Virus record (IMG/VR): IMGVR_UViG_2681813004_000010
Reading direction: 5' to 3' (one strand)
Origin: a virus
Taxonomy: Duplodnaviria; Heunggongvirae; Uroviricota; Caudoviricetes
Length of the DNA: 18,165 nucleotides
Below the pieces are notes generated by a model, which searched no databases, was not told the DNA's origin, and saw only the letters and a list, made by a program, of their open reading frames with translations. A program made the position numbers and the translations under genes. Positions within the stretch are counted from its first letter, which is position 1; every line of letters starts with the position of its first letter. Shown here one piece after another: positions 1-11,077 of the stretch.

Positions 1-2948
<2,948 letters not shown>

Positions 2949-2968
<20 letters not shown>

Positions 2969-4268
2969 TCTCCCGCATATTGCCAGTATGGCCTTTAATG
3001 AGCCGCTGATGCTTGAACCCGCCTATGCGCGGGTTTTCTTTTGTGCGCTTGCAGGCCAGCTTGGGATCAGCCGCCTGACGGATGCAGTATCCGGCGACAG
3101 CCTGACTGCCGGAGAGGCACCCGCGGCGCTGGCGTTATCCGGTGATGATGACGGACCACGACAGGCCCGGAGTTATCAGGTCATGAACGGCATCGCCGTG
3201 CTGCCGGTGTCCGGTACGCTGGTCAGCCGGACGCGGGCGCTGCAGCCGTATTCGGGGATGACCGGTTACAACGGCATTATCGCCCGTCTGCAACAGGCTG
3301 CCAGCGACCCGATGGTGGACGGCATTCTGCTCGATATGGACACACCGGGCGGAATGGTGGCGGGAGCATTTGACTGTGCTGACATCATCGCCCGTGTGCG
3401 TGACATAAAACCGGTATGGGCGCTGGCCAACGACATGAACTGCAGTGCAGGTCAGCTGCTTGCCAGCGCCGCCTCCCGGCGTCTGGTCACGCAGACCGCC
3501 CGGACAGGCTCCATCGGCGTCATGATGGCTCACAGTAATTACGGTGCTGCCCTGGAGAAACAGGGCGTGGAAATCACGCTGATTTACAGCGGCAGCCATA
3601 AGGTGGATGGCAACCCCTACAGCCATCTACCGGGTGATGTCCGGGAAACACTGCAGTCCCGGATGGATGCAACCCGCCGGATGTTTGCGCAGAAGGTGTC
3701 GGCATATACCGGCCTGTCCGTGCAGGCTGTGCTGGATACCGAGGCTGCAGTGTACAGCGGTCAGGAGGCCATTGATGCCGGACTGGCTGATGAACTTGTC
3801 AACAGCACCGATGCGATCACCGTTATGCGTGATGCACTGGATGCACGTAAATCCCGTCTCTCAGGAGGGCGAATGACCAAAGAGACTCAATCAACAACTG
3901 TTTCAGCCACTGCTTCGCAGGCTGACGTTACTGGCGTGGTGCCAGCGATGGAGGGCGAAAACGCCAGCGCGGCGCAGCCGGACGTGAACGCGCAGATCAC
4001 CGCTGCGGTTGCGGCAGAAAACAGCCGCATTATGGGGATCCTCAACTGTGAGGAGGCTCACGGACGCGAAGAACAGGCCCGCGTGCTGGCAGAAACCCCC
4101 GGTATGACCGTGGAAACGGCCCGCCGCATTCTGGCCGCAGCACCACAGAGTGCACAGGCGCGCAGTGATACTGCGCTGGATCGTCTGATGCAGGGGGCAC
4201 CGGCACCGCTGGCTGCAGGTAACCCGGCATCTGATGCCGTTAACGATTTGCTGAACACACCAGTGTAA
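2949..4268 (+). CDS. C: prohead protease / minor capsid protein gpC (S49 peptidase family), GTG start
   Basis: Translation from the GTG at 2949 reads (M)TAELRNLPHIASMAFNEPLMLEPAYARVFF…, matching lambda gpC (439 aa). The six-frame track's upstream start at 2814 is an extension running through the B 3' end. Confidence 0.85.
3663..4268 (+). CDS. Nu3: scaffolding protein Nu3, in-frame nested within the 3' part of C
   Basis: In-frame ATG at 3663 (MDATRRMFAQKVSAYTG…), 714 nt downstream of the C start, the same offset as lambda Nu3; shares the C stop. Confidence 0.6.
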   Translation: MDATRRMFAQKVSAYTGLSVQAVLDTEAAVYSGQEAIDAGLADELVNSTDAITVMRDALDARKSRLSGGRMTKETQSTTVSATASQADVTGVVPAMEGENASAAQPDVNAQITAAVAAENSRIMGILNCEEAHGREEQARVLAETPGMTVETARRILAAAPQSAQARSDTALDRLMQGAPAPLAAGNPASDAVNDLLNTPV

Positions 4269-4277
4269 GGGATGTTT

Positions 4278-4610
4278 ATGACGAGCAAAGAAACCTTTAC
4301 CCATTACCAGCCGCTGGGCAACAGTGACCCGGCTCATACCGCAACCGCGCCCGGCGGATTGAGTGCGAAAGCGTCTGCAATGACCCCGCTGATGCTGGAC
4401 ACCGCCACCCGTAAGCTGGTTGCGTGGGATGGCACCACCGACGGTGCTGCCGTTGGCATTCTTGCGGTTGCTGCTGACCAGACCAGCACCACGCTGACGT
4501 TCTACAAGTCCGGCACGTTCCGTTATGAGGATGTGCTCTGGCCGGAGGCTGCCAGCGACGAGACGAAAAAACGGACCGCGTTTGCCGGAACGGCAATCAG
4601 CATCGTTTAA
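4278..4610 (+). CDS. D: head decoration protein gpD
   Basis: 110-aa [30 protein letters not shown]…AISIV. SD AAGGGA 5 nt upstream of the ATG at 4278; the track start at 4272 is 2 codons too long. Confidence 0.9.
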   Translation: MTSKETFTHYQPLGNSDPAHTATAPGGLSAKASAMTPLMLDTATRKLVAWDGTTDGAAVGILAVAADQTSTTLTFYKSGTFRYEDVLWPEAASDETKKRTAFAGTAISIV

Positions 4611-4630
4611 CCTTACCCTTCATCACTAAA

Positions 4631-4652
4631 GGCCGCCTGTGCGGCTTTTTTT
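4631..4652 (+). terminator. D-E intergenic stem-loop with T-run (GCCGC-CTGT-GCGGC-TTTTTTT)
   Basis: Perfect 5-bp GC stem followed immediately by 7 T; the same intergenic hairpin I recall between lambda D and E. Probably an attenuator or mRNA processing element rather than a full terminator. Confidence 0.5.
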
Positions 4653-4665
4653 ACGGGATTTTTTT

Positions 4666-4941
4666 ATGTCGATGTACACAACCGCCCAGCTGCTGGCGGC
4701 AAATGAGCAGAAATTTAAGTTTGATCCGCTGTTTCTGCGTCTCTTTTTCCGTGAGAGCTATCCCTTCACCACGGAGAAAGTCTATCTCTCACAAATTCCG
4801 GGACTGGTAAACATGGCGCTGTACGTTTCGCCGATTGTTTCCGGTGAGGTTATCCGTTCCCGTGGCGGCTCCACCTCTGAATTTACGCCGGGATATGTCA
4901 AGCCGAAGCACTTAGCATGGCTTTCTGAGGCTTTCGTGTAG
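4666..4941 (+). pseudogene. E: major capsid protein gpE, 5' fragment (codons 1 to ~82, then 9 unrelated codons and a stop)
   Basis: MSMYTTAQLLAANEQKFKFDPLFLRLFFRESYPFTTEKVYLSQIPGLVNMALYVSPIVSGEVIRSRGGSTSEFTPGYVKPKH matches the lambda gpE N-terminus. After ~4911 the sequence becomes …LAWLSEAFV-stop and lambda collinearity ends. Intact gpE is 341 aa. Confidence 0.85.
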
Positions 4942-5073
4942 TTGCTGGTTTTTACACTTAATCTTTTGATAATAAAGAATAAGTTTATCTGGCGCTTTCA
5001 CTGGATTTTCCTCGTTATCTGTGTGTTGCAATCATCTCTGTATTGCAGCTTGTATTGCTTTTTGGGGCTAAAA

Positions 5074-6309
5074 ATGGCTGGTGAGAACAAACTGAGCGAC
5101 AAAGCACTTAAAGGATATCTGGGGAAACCCAGAGAAAAGCAGATCACCATTGCTGATGGAAAGGGGCTTTCTATTCGTGTGAGTACCAAGGGGGCTGTGA
5201 GCTTTGTTTTCTTCTACAGGTTAGCAGGTGGCCGGGCTGCTCCGGTCTGGCTAACGTTGGGTAAATATCCTGATATGTCACTCAAACAGGCAAGGGAAAA
5301 GCGCGACGAGTGCCGTGGTTGGTTGGCTGACAAACGTGATCCGCGTATCCAGATTAAGATTCAGGCTGAAGAACGCTTAAAGCCGGTCACAGTGGAGGAT
5401 GCACTAAATTACTGGTATGAAAATTACTGTAAGGTGCGTCGTAAAACTCATGCTGTAACGCTTGGCAGATTTCGAAAGCATATCTTTCCCTATATCGGTC
5501 ATTTGCCCGTAAATGACACTCACCTATATGAATGGCTGGACTGTTTTGACCGAATTAAACGTAATGCACCAGTTATGGCGGCGTATGTTTTTTCTGACAC
5601 TAAATTAGCTCTTCGTTTTTGTCGGGTACGCCAGTACGCGACGTGTGATGCTTTAAAGGATTTGCGCATGAGTGATGTGGGGCAGATTGCAGGTAAGCGG
5701 GATCGGGTTCTGGATGAAGCCGAACTGGGCCAGCTCTGGAAGGCAATTTTTGTCGAGCCTGATTTAAAACTAATGTCTGAATACACGCGAAAAATGTTTG
5801 TGCTTTGTACAGTATTTGGATGTCGAATGAGTGAAGCCCGATTATCAGAATGGAGCGAATGGGATCTCGAAAGTTGGGTTTGGACTGTACCAAAAGAACA
5901 CTCAAAAACCGGTGTTGAAATCGTCAGACCAGTACCTGAAATTCTACGACAGTGGGTAACGGATGTTCACGAAGAGACAAAACATACTGGTTATGTGCTG
6001 GGAAGTCTGCGAATTAGAGAAAGCGTAAGCAAGATTGGGGGGAAAATCGGTAAACGTTTGGGCCATGAAAAACAATGGTCACTACACGACCTTAGAAGAA
6101 CGCTATCTACTCATCTAAGTGATCTCGGTGTTGAATTTTATGTAGTAGAACAACTGTTAGGCCATGCGCTACCTGGCGTGGCAGGTGTTTACAACCGGAG
6201 TAAGTTTATGGCTAAAAAACTGGATGCTCTGGAACTCTGGACTACATATCTCAATAGCATCGCAGGTGCTGATTCAAAAGTGACAATCCTCAAACAAAAG
6301 GCTGGTTAA
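5074..6309 (+). CDS. int: tyrosine site-specific integrase, P4-type
   Basis: N-terminus (GKGLSIRVSTKGAVSFVFFYRLAGG…LTLGKYPDMSLKQAREKRDE) looks like the arm-binding domain of P4-like integrases. C-terminal catalytic region has …WSLHDLRRTLSTHL… and …LLGHALPGVAGVYNR (H-x-x-R and catalytic Tyr). The track start at 4942 is an extension; the ATG at 5074 is taken as the start by homology. Confidence 0.9.
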   Translation: MAGENKLSDKALKGYLGKPREKQITIADGKGLSIRVSTKGAVSFVFFYRLAGGRAAPVWLTLGKYPDMSLKQAREKRDECRGWLADKRDPRIQIKIQAEERLKPVTVEDALNYWYENYCKVRRKTHAVTLGRFRKHIFPYIGHLPVNDTHLYEWLDCFDRIKRNAPVMAAYVFSDTKLALRFCRVRQYATCDALKDLRMSDVGQIAGKRDRVLDEAELGQLWKAIFVEPDLKLMSEYTRKMFVLCTVFGCRMSEARLSEWSEWDLESWVWTVPKEHSKTGVEIVRPVPEILRQWVTDVHEETKHTGYVLGSLRIRESVSKIGGKIGKRLGHEKQWSLHDLRRTLSTHLSDLGVEFYVVEQLLGHALPGVAGVYNRSKFMAKKLDALELWTTYLNSIAGADSKVTILKQKAG

Positions 6310-6310
6310 C

Positions 6311-6541
6311 ATGAAAAAAATGGCAATTGTTGATAAAAAGGGTCTGGAGTACATTCCTAACATCGATCGTATGATCCGTGAGAAAGAATGTCGGGAGCTA
6401 ACCACTCTTGCGAACAGCACACGCTGGAAGCTGGAGAAGGAAGGAAAATTTCCTAAGCGGATCAAGATTGGTTCCACTGCTGTTGCATATCGTCTTTCAG
6501 AAGTGCAGGCATGGATTCGAGGTGAGTGGATTGAGAAATAA
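6311..6541 (+). CDS. alpA: AlpA-family HTH regulator / excisionase-like protein
   Basis: 76 aa, …ECRELTTLANSTRWKLEKEGKFPKRIKIGSTAVAYRLSEVQAWI…, the typical AlpA (prophage CP4-57 regulator) pattern. Lies immediately downstream of int, overlapping its stop. Confidence 0.8.
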   Translation: MKKMAIVDKKGLEYIPNIDRMIREKECRELTTLANSTRWKLEKEGKFPKRIKIGSTAVAYRLSEVQAWIRGEWIEK

Positions 6542-6555
6542 TATTTGGAGAATCT

Positions 6556-7473
6556 ATGAGTAGAATGATTAATACCTTGTGCCCTTATAGCCTTATCCCA
6601 TTAAATCAAATAGAACATAATGGAGAACATGTTTTATTAGCTGGATTAGGAGCTCCGGAAAGTTTTACTGTGAATGTTTCAAAAGAAGAAAATACACGAA
6701 TTAACGATTTGTTGGATGAACCATTCTTAGGAATGGAAATAATAAAATTACTCTCGTCTATTTCGGGTCTTCAATCAAGGAGTGGTGAAGTGAAGCCATT
6801 TTTTACTGGAATTACTGAGGGTGGAGATGCGGTGCATGTTAGGATGTCTCCTGGCGAAGTGACATTGAAAGTTAAAAGTCCAGTAGTGAAGGATAAAAAT
6901 AATAATATTGTTGCAGTAACTGGTTACGAAAAGGAGGTACAAGAAACTTTGTTATCAATCACAAAAAAATATGAAGCCAAGGGGTTTTCTGTAATTACTT
7001 CCGCTCCTATAAATCGAGAGGCTGAGATCAAGCTTAACTTCAATTTGGATATTGAATTATTAAATTATCAATATTTAAAGATGGCCTATCTTACAATGGT
7101 CTACGTATTTGGTGATCGCGGGATTAAGTGTCCGGCTGCGAATGAAATTAGAAAAATAATTCTGAATAAATCACCCCTGCCTTCAACTTTAAAAGGTGTT
7201 CGTTCTCTATCATGGGATGTCAATACTTTACCATTACTGCCAAATGTTGATACCCACAAACACATTGTTGCAAGTTTTAATATTCATGGGGAAGTAGTAT
7301 GTGCAGTGTCACTTTTTGGTGTATTTAATAAAGTATTTCTCATTGAAAATGAATTGGTGGATAAGGATAATGTTTTTGGTGAGATATATGAAGTCGACTA
7401 TAAAACAAGAAAAATCAATAGAACGGATATTGTTCAGCGCATTAATGAGGTTACAAAAAACGTACAGTTTTAA
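6556..7473 (+). CDS. hypothetical protein, AT-rich cargo gene (305 aa), function unknown
   Basis: Long ORF with a good SD (GGAGAA 5 nt upstream) and markedly lower GC than its neighbours. No family recognised by eye; N-terminus has C-x-Y … EH-x-GEH … GLG, faintly HNH-like, but I cannot confirm it. Followed by a hairpin/T-run. Confidence 0.6.
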   Translation: MSRMINTLCPYSLIPLNQIEHNGEHVLLAGLGAPESFTVNVSKEENTRINDLLDEPFLGMEIIKLLSSISGLQSRSGEVKPFFTGITEGGDAVHVRMSPGEVTLKVKSPVVKDKNNNIVAVTGYEKEVQETLLSITKKYEAKGFSVITSAPINREAEIKLNFNLDIELLNYQYLKMAYLTMVYVFGDRGIKCPAANEIRKIILNKSPLPSTLKGVRSLSWDVNTLPLLPNVDTHKHIVASFNIHGEVVCAVSLFGVFNKVFLIENELVDKDNVFGEIYEVDYKTRKINRTDIVQRINEVTKNVQF

Positions 7474-7490
7474 ATGTTAACTTAAAATCA

Positions 7491-7531
7491 ACTGATTTGA
7501 GAGTTTACTCAAATCAGTAACGATATTTTTT
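7491..7531 (+). terminator. stem-loop (ACTGATTTGAG / CTCAAATCAGT, 6-nt loop) followed by T6 run
   Basis: Perfect 11-bp inverted repeat at 7491-7501 and 7508-7518, 18 nt after the cargo stop; T-run at 7526-7531, slightly displaced from the stem, so not a textbook intrinsic terminator. Confidence 0.45.
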
Positions 7532-7635
7532 GTCAGGGTGGGAAATTAAACAAATAGTTCTCATATAGAGGTATGCACAGTATGTTGTAGAAGGTGTTAT
7601 GCGCCGGAGTACCCTACACTCTACGGCGCTGGTGG

Positions 7636-7815
7636 CTATTCCTGTTCTTTGGCCTTGCGGCGCTGGCGGTACTCAACTTCTCGTTTTAATGCTGCAGTGA
7701 CAAATTGTCCTGTACTTTCGCCAGGCATTTTTACTGCTTCAACATTGTCCATAACCTCATGCGGAACCCTTGCCGCAACGGTTTGTGATTTTGCGTTTAC
7801 TGCTTTTGTCGCCAT
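7636..7815 (-). CDS. small ribbon-helix-helix (CopG/Arc-like) regulator, putative island repressor
   Basis: Minus-strand ORF …MATKAVNAKSQTVAARVPHEVMDNVEAVKMPGESTGQFVTAALKREVEYRQRRKAKEQE has a beta-strand / helix / helix pattern typical of RHH proteins. Start chosen at the ATG with a GAGGG SD about 9 nt upstream; the track start at 7824 is three codons longer. Divergent from the replication operon. The overlapping plus-strand ORF 7649-7903 was rejected. Confidence 0.5.
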   Translation of the reverse strand: MATKAVNAKSQTVAARVPHEVMDNVEAVKMPGESTGQFVTAALKREVEYRQRRKAKEQE

Positions 7816-7866
7816 GTGGTGCATCCCTCAAAAAAAAACAAATGCAGTATGCAGGAAAAAAAATAA

Positions 7867-7918
7867 GTGTTCAACACTTGAAGTGTTCAACACCTTTGGT
7901 TAAATTGGTGTTCAACAC
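7867..7918. promoter_or_regulatory. three operator-like repeats GTGTTCAACAC in the divergent control region
   Basis: Exact 11-mers at 7867-7877, 7883-7893 and 7908-7918; the 11-mer is a near-palindrome (GTGTT-C-AACAC). Located between the minus-strand RHH gene and the plus-strand operon starting at 8016. Confidence 0.5.
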
Positions 7919-8015
7919 CTTGTTGATGCAATGTGCTTAAACGACGAAACCCGGCTGTGCGCTCACACTAACCGGGCTTCTAACCACCAACGATAGCAAC
8001 AGTATCGAGGTAGCT

Positions 8016-8219
8016 ATGAGAAATCATACCACACACCCGCAAGGGCGGGACCCGCACAACCTGAATAAATACATCTGGCGTTTTATCGCCCTGAGTACGG
8101 CACAACCGCGCGTGATTACCATCGAGGCCACCAGCGAACAGGAAGCCCGCCAGCAATCCCCAACTGGCTGCGTGATGATATTCGCCGCCCGTATTCGTCA
8201 GGAGGTGTGCCATGAATGA
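8016..8219 (+). CDS. hypothetical small protein (67 aa)
   Basis: ORF with GAGGT SD 6 nt upstream; first gene of a translationally coupled operon leading to the primase. No family assigned. Confidence 0.45.
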   Translation: MRNHTTHPQGRDPHNLNKYIWRFIALSTAQPRVITIEATSEQEARQQSPTGCVMIFAARIRQEVCHE

Positions 8220-8436
8220 TCTTTATTTTAAAGTGCTGACACATGCTGAAAACGCGCTCGTTTGTGGCAAAAATATGCGAGAAATCTTATCAACCTGGCT
8301 TGATGGGACAACAAATGCGGAACACGATGAACGGGATGCTAATTTAGCTGGAGCGTTAATTACGTTACTTGATCCTGTCATCAAAGAGCTGGATGAAGCT
8401 ATAAAAATACACGACCAGAGCTATACCGGAGAATAA
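8212..8436 (+). CDS. hypothetical small protein (74 aa)
   Basis: AGGAGGT SD 7 nt upstream; start overlaps the previous ORF's 3' end by 8 nt. Confidence 0.5.
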   Translation: MNDLYFKVLTHAENALVCGKNMREILSTWLDGTTNAEHDERDANLAGALITLLDPVIKELDEAIKIHDQSYTGE

Positions 8437-8439
8437 AAA

Positions 8440-8727
8440 ATGAAAAATAAATTTTCTGGCTTTATTGCCAGCGGTCAAACTCATTCAAAAATCAGCCTTG
8501 GGGATATTTTCAAAGACAGCTATGGCTATCGGGTAAAGATTATTTCGGTTGATGATCGTCGTGTCTCTTATTTGCGTGATGGTTATGATTTTGAATGTGT
8601 TATGCCGCGTCAGCAGTTCGAAAGAGATTTCATTCTGGTAAAAAATTGCAAGACAGATAATCAGAGGCGTGCCGCAGGCTATATCCGTAAAATTCGGGCA
8701 ATGTTAGTTGCCGGAGGTAACAAATGA
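8440..8727 (+). CDS. hypothetical small protein (95 aa)
   Basis: GGAGAA SD 6 nt upstream; stop overlaps the primase start (ATGA). Confidence 0.5.
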   Translation: MKNKFSGFIASGQTHSKISLGDIFKDSYGYRVKIISVDDRRVSYLRDGYDFECVMPRQQFERDFILVKNCKTDNQRRAAGYIRKIRAMLVAGGNK

Positions 8728-10544
8728 AACGTGCTCCGAACTTAAAATACCAACCGCGCGACAAAATGACGGAAGTCATCATTTTTGCTGGCAGTGATGC
8801 CTGGAGCCATGCAAAAGAATGGAATGAATGGGCAGGTAAGCATATTGCAGCAGATGATACACCACCAGTCATTCTGGGTACGGAACAACTGGAAAACCTG
8901 GATGATATGCAAATTATCGATGAAGGCCGTCATTATGTGCGTGTTTATCGTGCCGGAAAGATTGCAGAGAAAAGTCTGACGAAGGTTGCGACATTACTTG
9001 CTATTGCAGGCGTAAAGGAAGCACGTTGTTACCGTAGCTTTGTTGATCGAGAGCCTGAAGACTGGACTCCGCGCCTTGTCGGCCTAAAAGCTGAAGCGGA
9101 GCATGGGGAAAGTCTGGTGATTGAACTGCCAGTGAAGAAGGCTGAGCGCAAAAATGACGAGCGTGCTTCATCTTTGGCGTTGAATCAGATGGGGGCCAGC
9201 CAGCGCGGTGAAGTTCTCCTTGCACATTACGGCGGCGAACTGGCAATCAATGCCGACTCTGACACCGTTCATCATTACAACGGCGTTGTATGGGAGCCGG
9301 TTCAGGATAAAGAGTTACAGCGTGCTATGGCGCAGATTTTCATTGATGCGGAGATCAGCTATTCGCAGAACGCTATTAAATCGGCGGTAGATACCATGAA
9401 GTTAAGTTTGCCTGTAATGGGGAATACAGCCCGTAACCTGATTGGATTCAGTAACGGGGTATTTGATACCAGAACTGGTAATTTTCGGGAGCATAACAAA
9501 AACGACTGGTTGTTAATTGCCAGTGAATTACCTTTCAGCCCACCAGCAGAGGGGGAAACGCTGGCAACACATGCGCCGAATTTCTGGAAGTGGTTGCGCC
9601 GTTCGGTGGCTGAGAATGACCGCAAGGCAGATCGCGTACTGGCGGCATTATTCATGGTGCTGGCGAACCGGTACGACTGGCAGTTATTCATTGAGGTAAC
9701 AGGGCCGGGGGGAAGTGGTAAAAGTGTGATGGCGGAGATTTGCACCATGCTGGCGGGTAAGGCTAATACAGTATCAGCAAGCATGAAGGCGCTGGAAGAT
9801 GCAAGGGAACGTGCGTTAGTGGTTGGCTTTTCGCTGATTATCATGCCGGATATGACCCGCTACGCTGGTGATGGGGCAGGGATTAAGGCCATTACAGGCG
9901 GTGACAAGGTGGCAATTGACCCGAAACACAAAGCCCCCTATTCAACGCGTATTCCGGCAGTAGTACTGGCGGTTAACAATAACGCCATGTCATTCAGTGA
10001 CCGCAGCGGGGGGATCTCACGTCGTCGGGTGATATTCAATTTTTCGGAAGTTGTACCGGAGAACGAACGCGATTCGATGCTGGCGGAAAAAATAGAAGGT
10101 GAGCTGGCGGTAGTGATTCGTCATCTGCTTACACGGTTTGCTGATCAGGACGAAGCCAGACGCCTGTTATATGAGCAGCAGAAATCTGAAGAAGCACTGG
10201 CGATAAAGCGAGAGGGGGATTCGCTGGTGGACTTCTGCGGCTATCTCATGGCATCGGTAATGTGTGATGGCCTATTAGTGGGTAATGCTGAAATTGTGCC
10301 ATTCAGCCCACGCAGGTATCTCTATCATGCCTATCTGGCTTATATGAGGGCACATGGGTTTGGTAAACCTGTAACACTGACGCGCTTCGGTAAAGATATG
10401 CCGGGGGCAATGGCGGAATATGGCAGGGAGTATATGAAACGGAAAACGAAGCACGGTTTGCGTTCAAACGTGACACTGACGGAGGAATCAGAGGACTGGA
10501 TGCCATCATGTGTATCGGTCACTAATGACGATAGCAAAAATTAA
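8724..10544 (+). CDS. replication primase/helicase, P4-family (D5-like SF3 NTPase domain)
   Basis: 606 aa. Walker A FIEVTGPGGSGKSV, hydrophobic Walker B …LVVGFSLIIMPDM…, then …GIKAITGGDKVAIDPKHKAPYS…, typical of phage/plasmid P4-family primase C-terminal domains. GGAGGT SD; iteron origin immediately downstream. Confidence 0.8.
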   Translation: MKRAPNLKYQPRDKMTEVIIFAGSDAWSHAKEWNEWAGKHIAADDTPPVILGTEQLENLDDMQIIDEGRHYVRVYRAGKIAEKSLTKVATLLAIAGVKEARCYRSFVDREPEDWTPRLVGLKAEAEHGESLVIELPVKKAERKNDERASSLALNQMGASQRGEVLLAHYGGELAINADSDTVHHYNGVVWEPVQDKELQRAMAQIFIDAEISYSQNAIKSAVDTMKLSLPVMGNTARNLIGFSNGVFDTRTGNFREHNKNDWLLIASELPFSPPAEGETLATHAPNFWKWLRRSVAENDRKADRVLAALFMVLANRYDWQLFIEVTGPGGSGKSVMAEICTMLAGKANTVSASMKALEDARERALVVGFSLIIMPDMTRYAGDGAGIKAITGGDKVAIDPKHKAPYSTRIPAVVLAVNNNAMSFSDRSGGISRRRVIFNFSEVVPENERDSMLAEKIEGELAVVIRHLLTRFADQDEARRLLYEQQKSEEALAIKREGDSLVDFCGYLMASVMCDGLLVGNAEIVPFSPRRYLYHAYLAYMRAHGFGKPVTLTRFGKDMPGAMAEYGREYMKRKTKHGLRSNVTLTEESEDWMPSCVSVTNDDSKN

Positions 10545-10557
10545 ACTTATGGAATAA

Positions 10558-10780
10558 CTGTTCACCACTGTTCACCCTGTCATAAATATCTTTTATATCA
10601 GTATATTATAGGGTGAACAGTTATTTATGAACTGTTCACCAAACTATTCACTGTTCACCTTTTTGATTGTTTATTGAGCTTCAAGGGTGAACAGTGGTGA
10701 ACAGTTGGTGAATAGTTTTTGTGAAACTGTTCACCCATTAACATTATGAATTAAAAGAGAAAATATCAAAAGGTGAACAG
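10558..10780. repeat. iteron array / candidate replication origin (9-mer CTGTTCACC and complement GGTGAACAG)
   Basis: Perfect forward copies at 10558, 10568, 10632, 10651 and 10727; reverse copies at 10612, 10686, 10696 and 10772; plus degenerate copies (CTATTCAC, GGTGAATAG, GGTGAAGG). Embedded in AT-rich DNA directly after the primase gene. Confidence 0.7.
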
Positions 10781-10831
10781 GTGAAGGGTTAAAACGCAAA
10801 AATTTTAATTTACTGCTGTGAGATAAAGCCT

Positions 10832-11077
10832 ATGACAGCGAAGCACACAAAAAAATCACAATCGCACGCCCTTGATTTGACTGAACACTGGTTAAGGGTG
10901 TCGATAAAAATCATCGACCGCAACGCCGGGGAAGGATACGCGAAAGCACATCCCGAACTGATTAGCGCATTCATGACAACGGCGGCTGCAAACTTTGCCA
11001 CTCTGACCGAACGGGAGATTGCTGAAGCGGAGGAAGTGACAACAATCAATATTAAGTCCGGAGAGCAGGCAGCATGA
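10832..11077 (+). CDS. hypothetical protein (81 aa)
   Basis: ORF between ori and ssb; stop overlaps the ssb start (ATGA). Weak SD. No family recognised. Confidence 0.45.
   Translation: MTAKHTKKSQSHALDLTEHWLRVSIKIIDRNAGEGYAKAHPELISAFMTTAAANFATLTEREIAEAEEVTTINIKSGEQAA

Noticed and set aside
4942-5073. Upstream extension of the integrase ORF (track start at 4942)
   Set aside because: The extension translates to a hydrophobic low-complexity peptide with no similarity to integrase N-termini; the conserved integrase sequence begins at the ATG at 5074.
7649-7903. 84-aa plus-strand ORF overlapping the RHH gene and operator repeats
   Set aside because: Low-complexity, Cys/Thr-rich translation with no SD; it runs through the operator repeats. 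The minus-strand RHH ORF is the better-supported gene.
10558-10780. Possible CRISPR array, given the many short repeats
   Set aside because: Repeats are only 9 bp, occur in both orientations with irregular spacing, and there are no cas genes; the pattern fits origin iterons.
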